Origin: Camelus dromedarius
Taxonomy: Eukaryota
DNA length: 64,000 nt
Direction: 5' to 3'
Assembly: GCF_036321535.1 (NCBI RefSeq)
Contig: NC_087436.1
Span: forward strand, 5,208,001-5,272,000
Every line of letters begins with the position of its first letter. Within the stretch, counting starts at the first letter, position 1. The translations under genes and the position numbers were made by a program. Under the pieces are notes generated by a model. It searched no databases. It was not told the DNA's origin and was given only the letters and a program-made list of their open reading frames with translations. Shown here piece after piece: positions 25,320 to 37,212 of this stretch.

Positions 25320-25910
25320 CCGGATACAAGAGGGTCTGTTTTCTCCACTTCCCCGCCACCACCTGCCATCTCTTGTCTTGATGAAGAAGACAGTCTAACA
25401 GGTGTGAGGTGGTATCTCAGGGGGGTTTTGGTTGGCAGCTCGCTTGTGATCAGTGACGTTTAGCATCTTTTCCTGGACCTGTTGGCCATCTGTACATCTT
25501 CCTTGGATAAATGTCTATTACGTTCCTCTGCCCATTTTACAATCAGATTCCTGTTTTGTTCTGTTTTACTGCTTATTGAGTTGTGTGAGTTTTTTGTGCA
25601 TTTTGGATAGCAACTCCTAATCTGGTGTTTGGTGTCCATGTGTTCTGTTCCATTCCACAAGTCGCCTTTTCCGTTTTGCTGATTGTGTCTTCTGACGTGC
25701 GGAAGCTTCTCAGTTTGATGAAGTCCTACCAGTTTGATTTTTGCTTTTCTTGCTGTGCTTTTGGTGTCATTTCCCCGAAATCCTGTGCATCACTGGTGGG
25801 AATGTACATCTGTTGAGCCACTATGGAAAACAGTATGGAAGTTCAGCAAAAAAAAAAAATTACAAACAGAGCTACCATATGATCCGGCAATCCCAGCAAA
25901 TCCCACTGCT
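25320..25910. mobile_element. LINE-1 fragment with internal inversion (minus 25320-25780, plus 25781-25910)
   Basis: Antisense ORF2-end segment directly joined to the sense segment CACTGGTGGGAATGTACATC...CCACTATGGAAAACAGTATGG...CATATGATCCGGCAATCCC. Confidence 0.75.
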
Positions 25911-25914
25911 GGGT

Positions 25915-26164
25915 TTGTAAGAAGAGGACATTTGCAAGCAGAGGTCCTTGTAAGAGGAGAAATTTGGGCACAGAGATGCACAGAGGTAAGTCCCCATGAA
26001 GACTTGGGGAGAAGGTGACAGTCCCCAGCCAAGCAGAATGCACCCGGAGGAAACCAGTCTTGATCTCGAACTTCTAGCCTCCAGAACCATGAGAAAATAA
26101 ATTTCTGTTGTTTAACCCCTGCATCTGGGGTACTTTGTAATACCAGCCTTAGCAGACTAAAACA
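25915..26164 (+). mobile_element. MaLR (MLT1-type) LTR 3' part
   Basis: GAACTTCTAGCCTCCAGAACCATGAGAAAATAAATTTCTGTTGTTTAA...CAGCCTTAGCAGACTAAAACA is a typical MLT1 3' terminus. Confidence 0.8.
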
Positions 26165-26974
26165 TGCTGTCATGGAATTCTCAACTCAGTATCTATTATA
26201 GGGGCAAACGAAGGTTAATGGTGTATACCACGTCCATTAAATCATTGAACAAATATTTATTAAAAAGTCCATCACGTGGGCACGGTGAGCAAAACAGACC
26301 AAAATTCTTGCCCTTGGGCAGCTGAACCTCTACAAGACAGGTACTTGCATCACAGGAGAGGTTCTGCCCTCGCCCAAACACAGCCAGACGGAGAACTTCT
26401 ATCACAGATCACCTAAGCAACTCAAGATGTATGCAACAAATCCTGCTGAGTGTGACCCATTAAAAGCGACCTTAATCTGAAAGAATAACTGAAAAGCCAA
26501 CATATTTCTGCTTTTCTTGGTGAAAAATAACTGGCAGCCCAGGTGGTTGGACCATGTAATGACCACGTGAATCCCTGTTTACAGCTCAAGACAGCAGCCT
26601 GCAGGAGGAAGTTCCCCTGCTGACTTCTCCCGTGTTCATTAAAAAAAAAAGCAGCCTCTCAGCGTGTTTGTACTTGATCGTAGCCACCTTAAATATGTTA
26701 CATGTGGATTACTGTCTCTGTGTAGAACAAGGAAAGCCTACTTCCTATTTGGGGAAATGCTTTCAGAACTGCCTGTCTTTTCACAATAAATCCTTATCTC
26801 TAAAAACACCGAGCTTATCTTTTTATTGGCATTTCTGTGGGGAGGGCGATCTTAAAAATACAGCCTTTACAATGAACCTTCCCTGGGCAAACACACTCAC
26901 ATACACAAATGTTTACCCCGAGTAGCAGTGTCTGTCACCAAACTTTTAGGGCTTACGAATATTGATGCTGCTTC

Positions 26975-27623
26975 TTCCTTTCTTGGTTTTTTTAATGTTT
27001 TAAATTTTAAAAAAATTTTAATTTTATTTTTTTAAATGTTGGGGGAGGGGGAGGTAATTAGGTTAATTTATTTATATGTATTTTTTCTTCTTTTAAATTA
27101 AAATTTAATTGAAGTGTAGTCGATTGACAATGTTAGTTTCAGGTGTACAGCAAAGTGATTCAGTTATACATACACACACATATATATACGTTTTTCTGAG
27201 ACACTGGGGATTGAAGCCAGGACCTCACACTGCTACCACTAAGCTATACATCCTCTCCCTAAAGCTGCTTCCTTTTTTTTTTTTAATGTTTTAATTTATT
27301 TTATTTAAAAAAAAACTAGGGGGTAATTAGGTTTATTTTTATATATGTATTTTATTTATTTAACAGAGGTACTAGGATTGGACCCAGGACCTTGTGTATG
27401 CTAAGCACATGCTCTGCCACTGAGCTGTACCCTCACCCCAAAGCTGCCTCTTTTTGCTTTTAATGTTTTAATTTTTAATTTTATTTTTTAAAATTTTGGG
27501 GGGAGGGGTAAATAGGTTTATTTTTATTTACTTATTTATTTTAACGGAGGCGCTGGGGATTGAACCCAGGACCTCGTGCATGCTAAGCACACGCTCCACC
27601 ACTGAGCTCCACCCTTCCCCCCC
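26975..27623 (-). mobile_element. Three head-to-tail Vic-1-like SINEs (26975-27260, 27272-27440, 27452-27623); the first is interrupted by a short L1 3' end (~27090-27192)
   Basis: Each has an antisense B box (CTGGGGATTGAACCCAGGACC-like), an A box (CCACTGAGCT-like) and a GGTAATTAGGTTTATT-like tail motif; copies are separated by GCTGCYTC repeats. Confidence 0.88.
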
Positions 27624-29689
27624 GAGGCTGCCTCTCTCTTAGCCAGCTGGACACAGGCCACTTCAGACTGATAAGCAACCTGCCGCCTCATTCATACCTA
27701 ACAGCAGGGTTAGGAATGCTGACTAGGTTTTATTGTGGCTACTAAAAACAAGACAGCACCACAAGAATAAAACAGTAACAAACAGAAGAGAAGGAAAAGT
27801 CGACCCTGAAAGGGTCTCCCGTCTCAGTTCCCTAATGTGAGCTGATATTCTGAACACACGTCTGACTTCTCTAAAGAGGCTGAGCAGCAGATGGGGCACG
27901 CAGACACCAATTCCCGCCAGGAAGGGCTGCCGGGAGGTGCTGGAAAGACAGCAGCATGCCCTGGAACAGTCGAGTTAAACGCACTTCTTGGTCTTCCCCT
28001 CCGTTCTTATCGGAAACCATCCAAACAGTCATCTGGGTTATTGTCTGAAATTACTTTCAAGCCAGCAGAGAAGATGGACAGCTGGCACCCCTGCTCAAGG
28101 ATGCGTTAGCACTGTGAGTGCTGCAGCTTGTGTGTGTTTAAGTGAGAAATCCCAGGGAAGGAGGCAGCTGTGTCACATCGCGTCTCAAGACTGGGAGCAT
28201 CTTCCTCCCAGCGTGTGGCAACTGAATAAAACCTGGCCCGTCTATAAAGTCCTCTCTGGTGGTGGTCCAGTCTGAGCAGGGCGCGGTATTTACCCTTCAG
28301 CACCGAAAAGCAGGCATCTTAAGGCTGGAACCTAGAGCTGACCTCCTAAGGCCACGAGCATCGGGGTTCTGCCTGGGCTCAATTATGGAAAAAGAGGTGC
28401 CCGCTTTGTGGAAAATGTTGCCCCCCTCCCCCCTAAAAGGAATGCTTTGTTCTAAGCACAGTCCTACTGAATTAGTGGATGAAACAACCGTGTCTAACGG
28501 CATGAAACTCCAGCACCACCACGATCTGACAACACTTGCAGACGACAACACCGTTACCTCGTCACCTAAAGTCCAAGGTCTGCAGTCACCCCGGTTAAAG
28601 CACTTCACCCCGACACCAGCGCCTCAGGGTGGAAGTTCTCGAAGCCAGCGCCCTCCCAGGGCCGGCTGGACTGCACGCCGGTGCAACACATAGACTTCCC
28701 ACTTCCTCGGTAAAACTGCGGATTGGACATCCAAATCTTGACGGAAAACTGGGATTCCAGGGGCCAACTCAGCAATCTAGTCCCAAGGGCATCTTCCACG
28801 TTGGCATCTGCGGGAAACCAAAATCAGGGGGTTGTTCCTCCTAAGACTTTAAAAATTATTCCTTTGATCCAAAAAATGTGACAAGCCATGCGAAGCTGAA
28901 ACGAGATGTCGCCGCTGCTAGCGTCTGACAACAGAGCCCACGTCATCACACAGACGGCCTGGGATCTGCTGCATGACAGCGCTCGGGAAACACCCCCAGT
29001 GAGGGGCCGCAGGTGCAGGAGAATGCAAACCAAGAACGGCTGGAAGGAAAACGCACCTCCCCTGAAACACCGCAACAGCCGTGCACCTCAAACCAGGATC
29101 CTCAGGGATCTTGCTTGCAGAACCTTCTCTTGTTGTTCAGTATTTATTCAGGTATCACTTAAGGGCCGTTCAGGGAAATTTGCAGGAAGTTTCGTGGGGA
29201 TCGAGCTGAAAAATGGCACCTGTGTTGGTAGGTATTTTCGATTTTCAGTTCAGTAAGCTTAATGGTCATAGAAGACCCTCAATCTCTGTGGGCAGAAGAC
29301 TTTATTTTGGAGAAGAAACACTACTACTGAGTTTTTTATTTAAATAGCTTGACAACACAAAAAGTGTGAGCAAAGAGCTGAAACTGGGAAGGGTAATAAA
29401 AAAAAATCCCTCAGGACATTGCTTTGAGGGGAAAAGTGAGATACGCTCTAATGGAAGGTGAACGTCTGCCCAGACTGCTTCCCCGGGGTGGGTCCCGTCT
29501 TTGTTTTGTCACTGCTCCTCCAGGAGGCGGTCACAGCCAGACTTCTGTCCACACCGCCCTTCCTCAGCTGGCCGCATGACACTGACTTGAAATTAATGCA
29601 CATCTCTCTCCCACGTGCCTGCATGCTCCTTCCTTCCTGGCGGAGGACTGGTCTCTTGTCTCCTGGACATTTTGGATCCCTAACGTCTT

Positions 29690-30480
29690 TTGGGATCTGG
29701 CCAGAAAATATTCACGAGGCTGCAGGAGAACACTTGATGAGGTGATGACCAGCACCGAGGCAGAGAAAGGAAGGGCGTGTGTCCAAGTGCCTGACTGTGG
29801 TCGTATCCACGGGAGTCGGGAGCTGATGGAAGAGGGTGTAAGGGAGGGAAGGATCCGTGGGGGGTTGAACACTGGCTCATGAGAGGGGCTGCCCGGGACA
29901 TAATCGTCCAGTGCGCGCACAGCAGGCAAGGATGGGAGGAAAGGGAAAGTTCAGGCTGGGGCGTTCTAAGGAGGAGTCTTGGGGCGTGGACATGCAAACC
30001 ACCGCCTCCCCTGCATTAAATACAGAGTTACTCACATACACTGTGAGTCACGGCCACGACTGAGACACAAATAACATGAGAAGAGACCAGGACCAAGGAG
30101 CGGAACCCGGGTGTCCCGACACTCAGACGCGCGGTGGGGGCAGCGGAGCCGGCGCCGGGCCTGGGCTGGACCAGTCAGAGGACCTGCGTGACCGTGATGA
30201 TGCAGCCGGAGAGGGCAGTGCTGAGCAGCGAGACCGGGGCAGCCGTAACGCGGCGGGAAGACGGAGGAGAGGGAGGCAAGAGGTGTGCAGTCACCACCAG
30301 GGGCCTTCTGTATCCCACGATCTGCTGACTTTTATTGAAGTCGTGAGGAAGAAAGAGGCCTTTGAGGAACAAGAGCATAAATGGAGGACGGGAGGGGAAC
30401 CTGGTGAAGTCTGACCGTGAGAAAAAAGAACGAACAGTGGATTCCTGGGAAGGACGATAAGGAGGCTTAACAGAATAAGG
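29690..30480 (+). mobile_element. Probable ancient L2 fragment, GC/CpG-enriched
   Basis: AAAGTTCAGGCTGGGGCGTTCTAAG...GGACATGC and related purine-rich motifs resemble L2 body sequence. Confidence 0.4.
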
Positions 30481-30521
30481 AGAGAAGTCTGTGTGTGTCT
30501 GCAGTCAGAAGAGAAGAGCCC

Positions 30522-31247
30522 TCCACTAGGGAAAACAGCATGGAGAGCCCTTAAAAACCTAAAAGTAAAGTTGCTGTGTGATCCAGTAGTCCCACTCCTG
30601 GGCACATACCCCGAGGGGACTTTAATTGGAAAAGACCCCTGCACCCCAGTGTTCATAGCAGCACTATGTACAACAGCCAAGACATGGAAACAACCTAAAT
30701 GTCCATCAACAGATGACTAGATAAAGAAGCTGTGGTATATTTATACAATGGAATACTACTCAGCCATAAAAAAGAATAAAATAATGCCATTTGCAGCAAC
30801 ATGGATGGACCTCAAGATTGTCATTCTAAGTGAAGTTAAGCCAGAAAGAGAAAGAAAAATACCATATGATATCACTCATATATGGAATCTAAAAAAAAAA
30901 AAGATAAATGAACTTATTCACAAAATTGAAACAGACTCACAGATACAGAAAACAAACTTATGGATACCAGGGGAAGAAGAGGGTGGGAAGGGATAAATTG
31001 GGAGTTTGAGATTTGCAGATACTAACTACTATATATAAAACAGATAAACAACAAGGTCCTACTGTACAGCACAGGGAACTATATTCAATATCCTGTAGTT
31101 ACCTGTAATGAAAAAGAGTATAAAAATGAATATACGTATCTTCATGTATGACTGAACTATTATGCTGTACACCAGAAATTAACACAACATTGTAAACTGA
31201 CTATACTTCAATTAAAAAATTAATAATAGATCAAAAAAAAAAAAAAA
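30522..31247 (+). mobile_element. Young LINE-1 3' fragment
   Basis: ORF2 C-terminal peptides ([35 protein letters not shown]), full 3' UTR and poly(A). Confidence 0.93.
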
Positions 31248-32739
31248 CCTGGACTAAGATTCAACAAGGGTCTGTAGAAATCTGTTTTAGAGGCTTTTAA
31301 AGACAAACTAATACAACACGTTTTTATAAAAAGAGGTAAATTTACATGTCAGAAACTCCTTAACTGAGTCAGGCACTTGGCTAACTTAGTCATCACAGTG
31401 AATTCAATGTCACCTCTTACTAAATGTGAAAAAATGCTGACATTAAAATTCTACTTTTAATCACTTTCTGAGCACTTAGCTTCCAGGAAGAGTACTGGGT
31501 TGAAACTACTCACTTCATGGGGAACTGGAAACTTTGAACGCAAGCAGTATGATTTCAGATAAGTCAGTTTCAAAGAAGCTCACTTAACTCTGAGAATATG
31601 AATATTCATGCAGTGACTATGACGCCACTTCCCCAACTCCTCGTTTTTCACAAATGGTTGCTTTAAAATAATTTATCTTTCTAAACGTCTTTCCTATTCA
31701 CTGATGTGGAAATATTTTCTGGCTTCTGATGATTTTCTGCAGAATATATGGAAATAATTACACACTAGTCCCGGCAAAACTGTGGTTTTAGCTGCTCTAA
31801 TCAACTGTGGTTTCAGCTCTCGCTACTGCTCCTCACCATCTAGGAAGTGGTTAGTTTTGTTCTGGGGTTTACGGTATAGAATTATATAATTGTTGACACG
31901 GGGCTAACCTCTTCTTTTGATATTCGGAGCACAGTCTAATCCCTTACCAACTGGGTAGAGCACTTCCCCAGCGGACTTTGGAAATCCTTAGGTTTTACTG
32001 AGCCCACTGCTACAACCCAAAAGCATTTATTTCCTGAGCCAGCCAAGCTGAATGAAGTTGCTCAGACGGGAGGTTTTCCCTGGAAACAAACACAGGGGGC
32101 AGACAGAGACACTGACGCACGTTAAACAGCTGTTGAGAAAAATACGATTCTCTGCTTTTACTAAAGACTAATGTACAAAATCAGGAGGAGGCCCGTAATT
32201 CTTCAGTTGGAAACTATGGATTCTGAAATGGTACATGAGGTCCACATTTGTTTTTAAAAATATTTATATAAAATTTTACATAAGATAAGAGACTCAGATT
32301 AGTCAAAAGTATCTATGTGGGGGTGAGAGCCTACGCAGACTGGCTTTGATTCCAAATACATGACAACCACCAGAAGGCTGTGGGCTTTTTCCAAGATCTG
32401 CACGAGCAGGTACACCTGCATGCACACACACACAGACGCACACACACACAACACCTTTTAGAATCACAAACATTTTTCTCACTGAAAACCAGGTCGCTTG
32501 AGGAATGGCTGGCAAAACTGAGAAAGTAAAGAAGCTGAGGCGATCAGGTGTCTGAAGGAGGAAAGAGTACACGGGACGTCACTCACTGCTGGAAGGGATA
32601 TTTTAAGGCAACACAGCACCATGGGAAGAACGTAAGATTGTGAATCAGAAAATCTGGGGCCCAGGTCCACCATTCATTATATGTAGGCGTGACCACTGGT
32701 AAATTGCTTATTTTCTCTGTGCTTTAGAGTATTTATCTT

Positions 32740-33163
32740 TCCCTTAATTTATTTTTTAAAATTTACATATATGTACTGTTTATTGTTTCTAAGAGCAGTA
32801 TAGAGCTTTAGCTTTTTGAACTTACATGGTTATCAGAGGAATAAAGCCAATCACAAAATAAGAATCAACAGAATGCAGTAATCCAATCATAAAGGACAGT
32901 CAGATGTGCTCACACATATTCAAGAAACCAATCATCTAAGTTATAAATAATAAGTAGTTCATTTGTGTTCTTTTTCTTTTTTAGATTCCACATATAAGTG
33001 ACATCATGTCGTATTTTTTTCCTCTGTCTGGCCCACTTCACTTAGAATGACGATCTCCAGGTCCATCCATGTTGCTGCAAATGGCATTATTTTATTCTTT
33101 TTTATGGCTGAGTAGTATTCCATTGTATATACGTACCACAGCTTCTTTATCCAGTCATCTGTT
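32740..33163 (-). mobile_element. Chimeric retro-insertion (L1 fragment plus non-L1 polyadenylated tail) inside a MIR
   Basis: 12-bp TSD GAGTATTTATCT at 32728-32739 and 33164-33175. L1 ORF2-end at ~32950-33163; non-L1 segment at ~32760-32940 with AATAAA at 32784-32779. Confidence 0.75.
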
Positions 33164-34360
33164 GAGTATTTATCTATATGCCAAAGATAATAATTTCCTG
33201 GGTGGTTTTAAGCTCAAATCAGATAATGTACATAGGTATATTTTTTAAGATAGTAGGTGATTATGCATTACTAGTGAAGGAAAAAGTCATAGAATAATTA
33301 CATGCAGTTTCAAAGGAACAATTAGGACCAGTAGGAGGCAGTGAAGACAAGAAAGATTTTTGCTTAATATAAGAAAGAAATTTCTAAAAACAATACTGTT
33401 TTGAAATGGAGTGACCTCAACAGCTAAAAGACAATGAAATCGTAAGTTTTGTGTCAAAGTCACAAAGTCCTTTTGTTTGGTAAACAGAACTGTGACTCAG
33501 ATGGAAGTTATGCAACAAAATTAATTTAAAGGGTTCTCCCAATTTTGAAACTCTCTGAAGTTGGGTAGAGTAAAATATTCAAATATTAATAATACAAAGA
33601 CTCTCTGCCCTAATTTGGCCACCAGGACCCACTGCTCTGTGTGCTACTGCAAACCCTACTCATCCCAAGCTTTCAAAATAAAAATATTAATAAGAAGTAA
33701 ACACAGGAATTTGCACCAATTATTTACTGACACTTTAAAAGTCTCAGTTACCTATTACAATGCACACGTGAATGCATGTAAAAGTACCATGTAATTTGAA
33801 AGGTGTGATATAAACTTAGGTATAGATATTATGGTGCTCTACTAAGAAATGAGCAATTCAGGTCATTCACAGGGTAGGAATTTGTGCATTTTTATTCCTT
33901 CATATAACCTGAGTTTTTTCTCCTGTCTCACTTTTAAATTTACATAATATAAGCATCGATTTCATATCTTGAAAGTGACAGTGATTTCCCAGGCAAACCA
34001 CCAAGGTTTCCCAGGACAAGCATTCCTGGTGGACACAGGGCTACCCCTGCCTGGCTTCAGGCTCTAGGACTTGGTGTAACCGACACAGAATGCAAAGCTG
34101 GTGTCTGTCCAGCTGGCGCCACTCGTGCCTGTGCAACTGGCTGTCACAGGATGTCATCTGAGCCCAGAACACCCATGAAGCTGTCAGTTATCACCCATTC
34201 ACTCGCTGAACACCATGCAGTGCTCCCCGGGCACCGGCCACCCTGCAAGGTAGCGGGAACACAGAGCACCAGGCAGTCCTGCGGAGCAAGGTGTGCTGAT
34301 GGACTACCACGACCCCTGCAGAAAGTGTAATTACTGTGGTTCATGTGCAATTTGTGATTC

Positions 34361-34867
34361 TGTGAAAATGAGAAAATAGGAATCCCAGTTAGAGTCAGGA
34401 GGCCAGGAGATGGAAGTCTCATGCCCTGTGGTGATAGCAGAGCCCAAAAAGAAGAAGACGATGCCCTTCTCACCTGGCAAGAGCTCAGCCAGTGGGAGCC
34501 TGTCAGGCTCAGACAATAAGAGTCTGTTCTGATTCAGCCAGTGAGAGCCTTTCTCAGCTCAGCCAATGAGAGCCTGTCCCAGCTCAGCCAATGAGATTCT
34601 GTCCCAGCTCAGCCCAGGAGAGCCTGCCCTGGCTCAGCCAATGAAAAGCCACCACACTTCCCTCTCCCAGCTCCTCCAATGGACTCTCAGTTTACTGCAG
34701 CCTCACTTCCTGTCCCCTCTATAAAAGAGGTCTTCTCTCCCTGCTATGGGAGGACCTGCATGCAGCTCACCATGGCTGTGGACATGAAATTGCAATTCTT
34801 TGTTGACCCCAAGTAAATCCACTTCTGCTGGAGAAATAACTGGCAGTCTATTTGTGTTAGGTCAACA
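34361..34867 (+). mobile_element. Solo ERV (ERV1-like) LTR
   Basis: TG...CA ends (TGTGAAAATG ... AGGTCAACA), CCAAT-containing tandem repeat, TATAAAA at 34720-34726, degenerate poly(A) signal AGTAAA. TSD not clearly preserved. Confidence 0.7.
34483..34650 (+). repeat. 25-bp tandem repeat, ~6.7 copies, consensus GCTCAGCCAATGAGAGCCTGTCCCA
   Basis: Directly visible periodicity within the LTR U3 region. Confidence 0.85.
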
Positions 34868-36964
34868 AAACATTTATAGGGAACTTGAACATTTAAAAAG
34901 GACCACATTGAGCTTGATGTGCCTTTAAAACATCCAAACTGAGAGACCTCAAAGATGGATTTTCTTTTTTATCAAGAAAAGAGTTAACAACTTTTGGAAA
35001 TCAAAAAGCAAAACAGAGGAAACAATGTGAAAAATGTACCAAAATGACACGATAAATAAGGATTATGTAAAATAAGAGTTGAATGCTAAAGAACTGATTT
35101 CCATGTTGACTGTGGAGAAATCTGCTGAATACAAAGCACGTGGAAACAAAGATTTTATAGCAGTTAAATAAATCTTAAAAACAAAGTTTTACATATTAAT
35201 TAGTTAGCTTTAATTGTTTAGTATTATGAAATCCCCAACACAACTGTTCTAAGAGTAAAAAAATATGTTAGCAGCAGTCACTTCACACAGACACAATGCA
35301 AAGGTGAGTCTTAAAACATATTAAAAACGTGTACTCCCTACGTTCCACTGTGGTGGAACCAGTGAGATACCCTGCCATGATGGGGCTGGAAGTCTAATCT
35401 CCATTTGGCCATCAACTTGCAAATCTATTCTAGGAAGGCCTGGAAACTTTGATACACTTAATGAAACCCTCCTGTTTATTATTCATGGAGATCAAAAGGG
35501 CTTTATGAAAAGTACTTTCCCCATGGTTAACATCTGTAAATATTTTCCCTCAGTCCCAAGGGTCAAGAAAAAAGTCTGGCGTTTTTGTCTGCTTAAAACA
35601 AATGGGACAACAGGCTGAAATTCTCAATATTCTCAAAAGTAGGCTACTGGGGGTGGGCGGGTAGGTAGGAAGATTCTTAAATAAGTATTAATAGCTGTAT
35701 ATTTACAAGTGGATAAAAGAGGGAAAACATACAGATTTCATTGGCGCCATAATCCAAATAAAGAAAGGAAAAATACAGTTGTATTAATATAACTTATTCA
35801 GAATATGAATAAAATGGCAGTATTGGTGGGAAATTTGAGCCAATTTGGAATTGAATTAAGACCTAAGTATTTCCCACTCCATGAGAAATGCTTAGCTCTA
35901 ATTATTTAGCATCACATTTATCCCAAGGAAATTGTTCTGAAGGTACTGAAACACATCAGCAGCAGTCACCTTACACAGATGCAAAACAAAGTAAAAATCT
36001 CAGAGCGGATGTTTCACAAAAACCAGCGTGTCAAAATCAGAACACCTAAGATGAGCAGAGAAATGTCGTGAAACGAAAATACCTTTCAAGCAAAACGTCT
36101 CCACTGAGTGACAAGTTATTTATTTATTTTTTACCCCAAATGCTCTCTCTTCAGGCAGAAGTGTCATTCATACACAAAGAGTAAATGCCACTAAGGGCCC
36201 CATTTCACGGTGTGCACAGTTTAGGAAGCCTAGAGACCTGTCTAAACAATGAAGGATTGTGCTTTCCAAAACCTTTCATCTGTGTTTCCAGTTCTGCCAC
36301 GGAGTGCACAGAGAACAAGTTCATACTCCCGTGTTTTATGAGCACCGCCCTGAGACCTTCCACGGCAGCGCCAGCCTCTTCTTAGCTTTCCCTGAACATG
36401 TGCAGAGGGCCGGAGGGTCTGCAAGAGCAGACCTTCACCTGTGCTCACAGCCCCGAGCACCAGCCAGTTCTGGGGGGTGGTTGGACTCCGGGCTGTTGAC
36501 TCTGACACCACGAAGTGAGCCCTAAATTCCTGCACTAAAAGGCGGATGAGTTCTTCAAAAGCCAAGTGGGAAAGCAAACTAAACCAATAGTGCATCATCA
36601 CAAACAAGTTGTCCATTTTAACGTCATATAGGGAGGCATTCAATCAGCAGTTCTTATCATGACTGAGGTATCAGTACAATCCTGGAAAGTGACCCCCCAG
36701 GGACAAGTTCCGAAAAGGAGTTACGTTTTCAACAGGTCAACATGGATGGTCAACATTCAACCCAACACTGAATCTGGGCTTCCTAAAATCCATTGTAGGT
36801 ATTGTAGGTTATAAAGGAAGGTGTTCTTTAATATCTGTTTGGGGATTTTAAGAATGAATTCTTACATATTTTAGCATAATATGGTATTTTCCCAGAAAAG
36901 CAAGTAAAATGGTCAAAAGTCATACACTTTCAAGCACAAATGGTACACCTTTTATATGCTAGGT

Positions 36965-37212
36965 CAGATTTTTCAAACTCAAGTTGTGACATGTTTAGTG
37001 GGTTGTGAAATCACTTGAGTACATTGCACCAACATTCTTAAAAAGAAGAAATGAAAAAGAAATTATAAGACTGAATTCATATGTTAAGGTTAAGTATTAC
37101 TTCATAATACGTACATGTACACATACACATATATTTTAAAATGCAATTGTGTGTTTGTGCATGTGCATGTGTGTGCCCATGCAGATATGGCCAGAAATTT
37201 TAAATATGCCGA
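36965..37212. mobile_element. Non-autonomous hAT-Charlie-type DNA transposon relic
   Basis: CAGATTTTTCAAACTC..GTGGGTTGTGAAATC..TAAGGTTAAGTATTACTTCAT..ATGGCCAGAAATTTTAAATATGCCG resembles a MER/Charlie element; family not determined. Confidence 0.5.

Noticed and set aside
28259..29256. Cluster of 80-144-aa ORFs in GC-rich intron DNA
   Set aside because: No domain similarity or splice-supported structure; expected by chance at this GC content.
32421..32451. (CA)n microsatellite and A-rich tracts (e.g. 51345-51392)
   Set aside because: Ordinary simple repeats.
34483..34650. Regularly spaced repeats reminiscent of a CRISPR array (also 43680-43830)
   Set aside because: Units are contiguous with no unique spacers, sit inside mammalian LTRs, and no cas genes are present.
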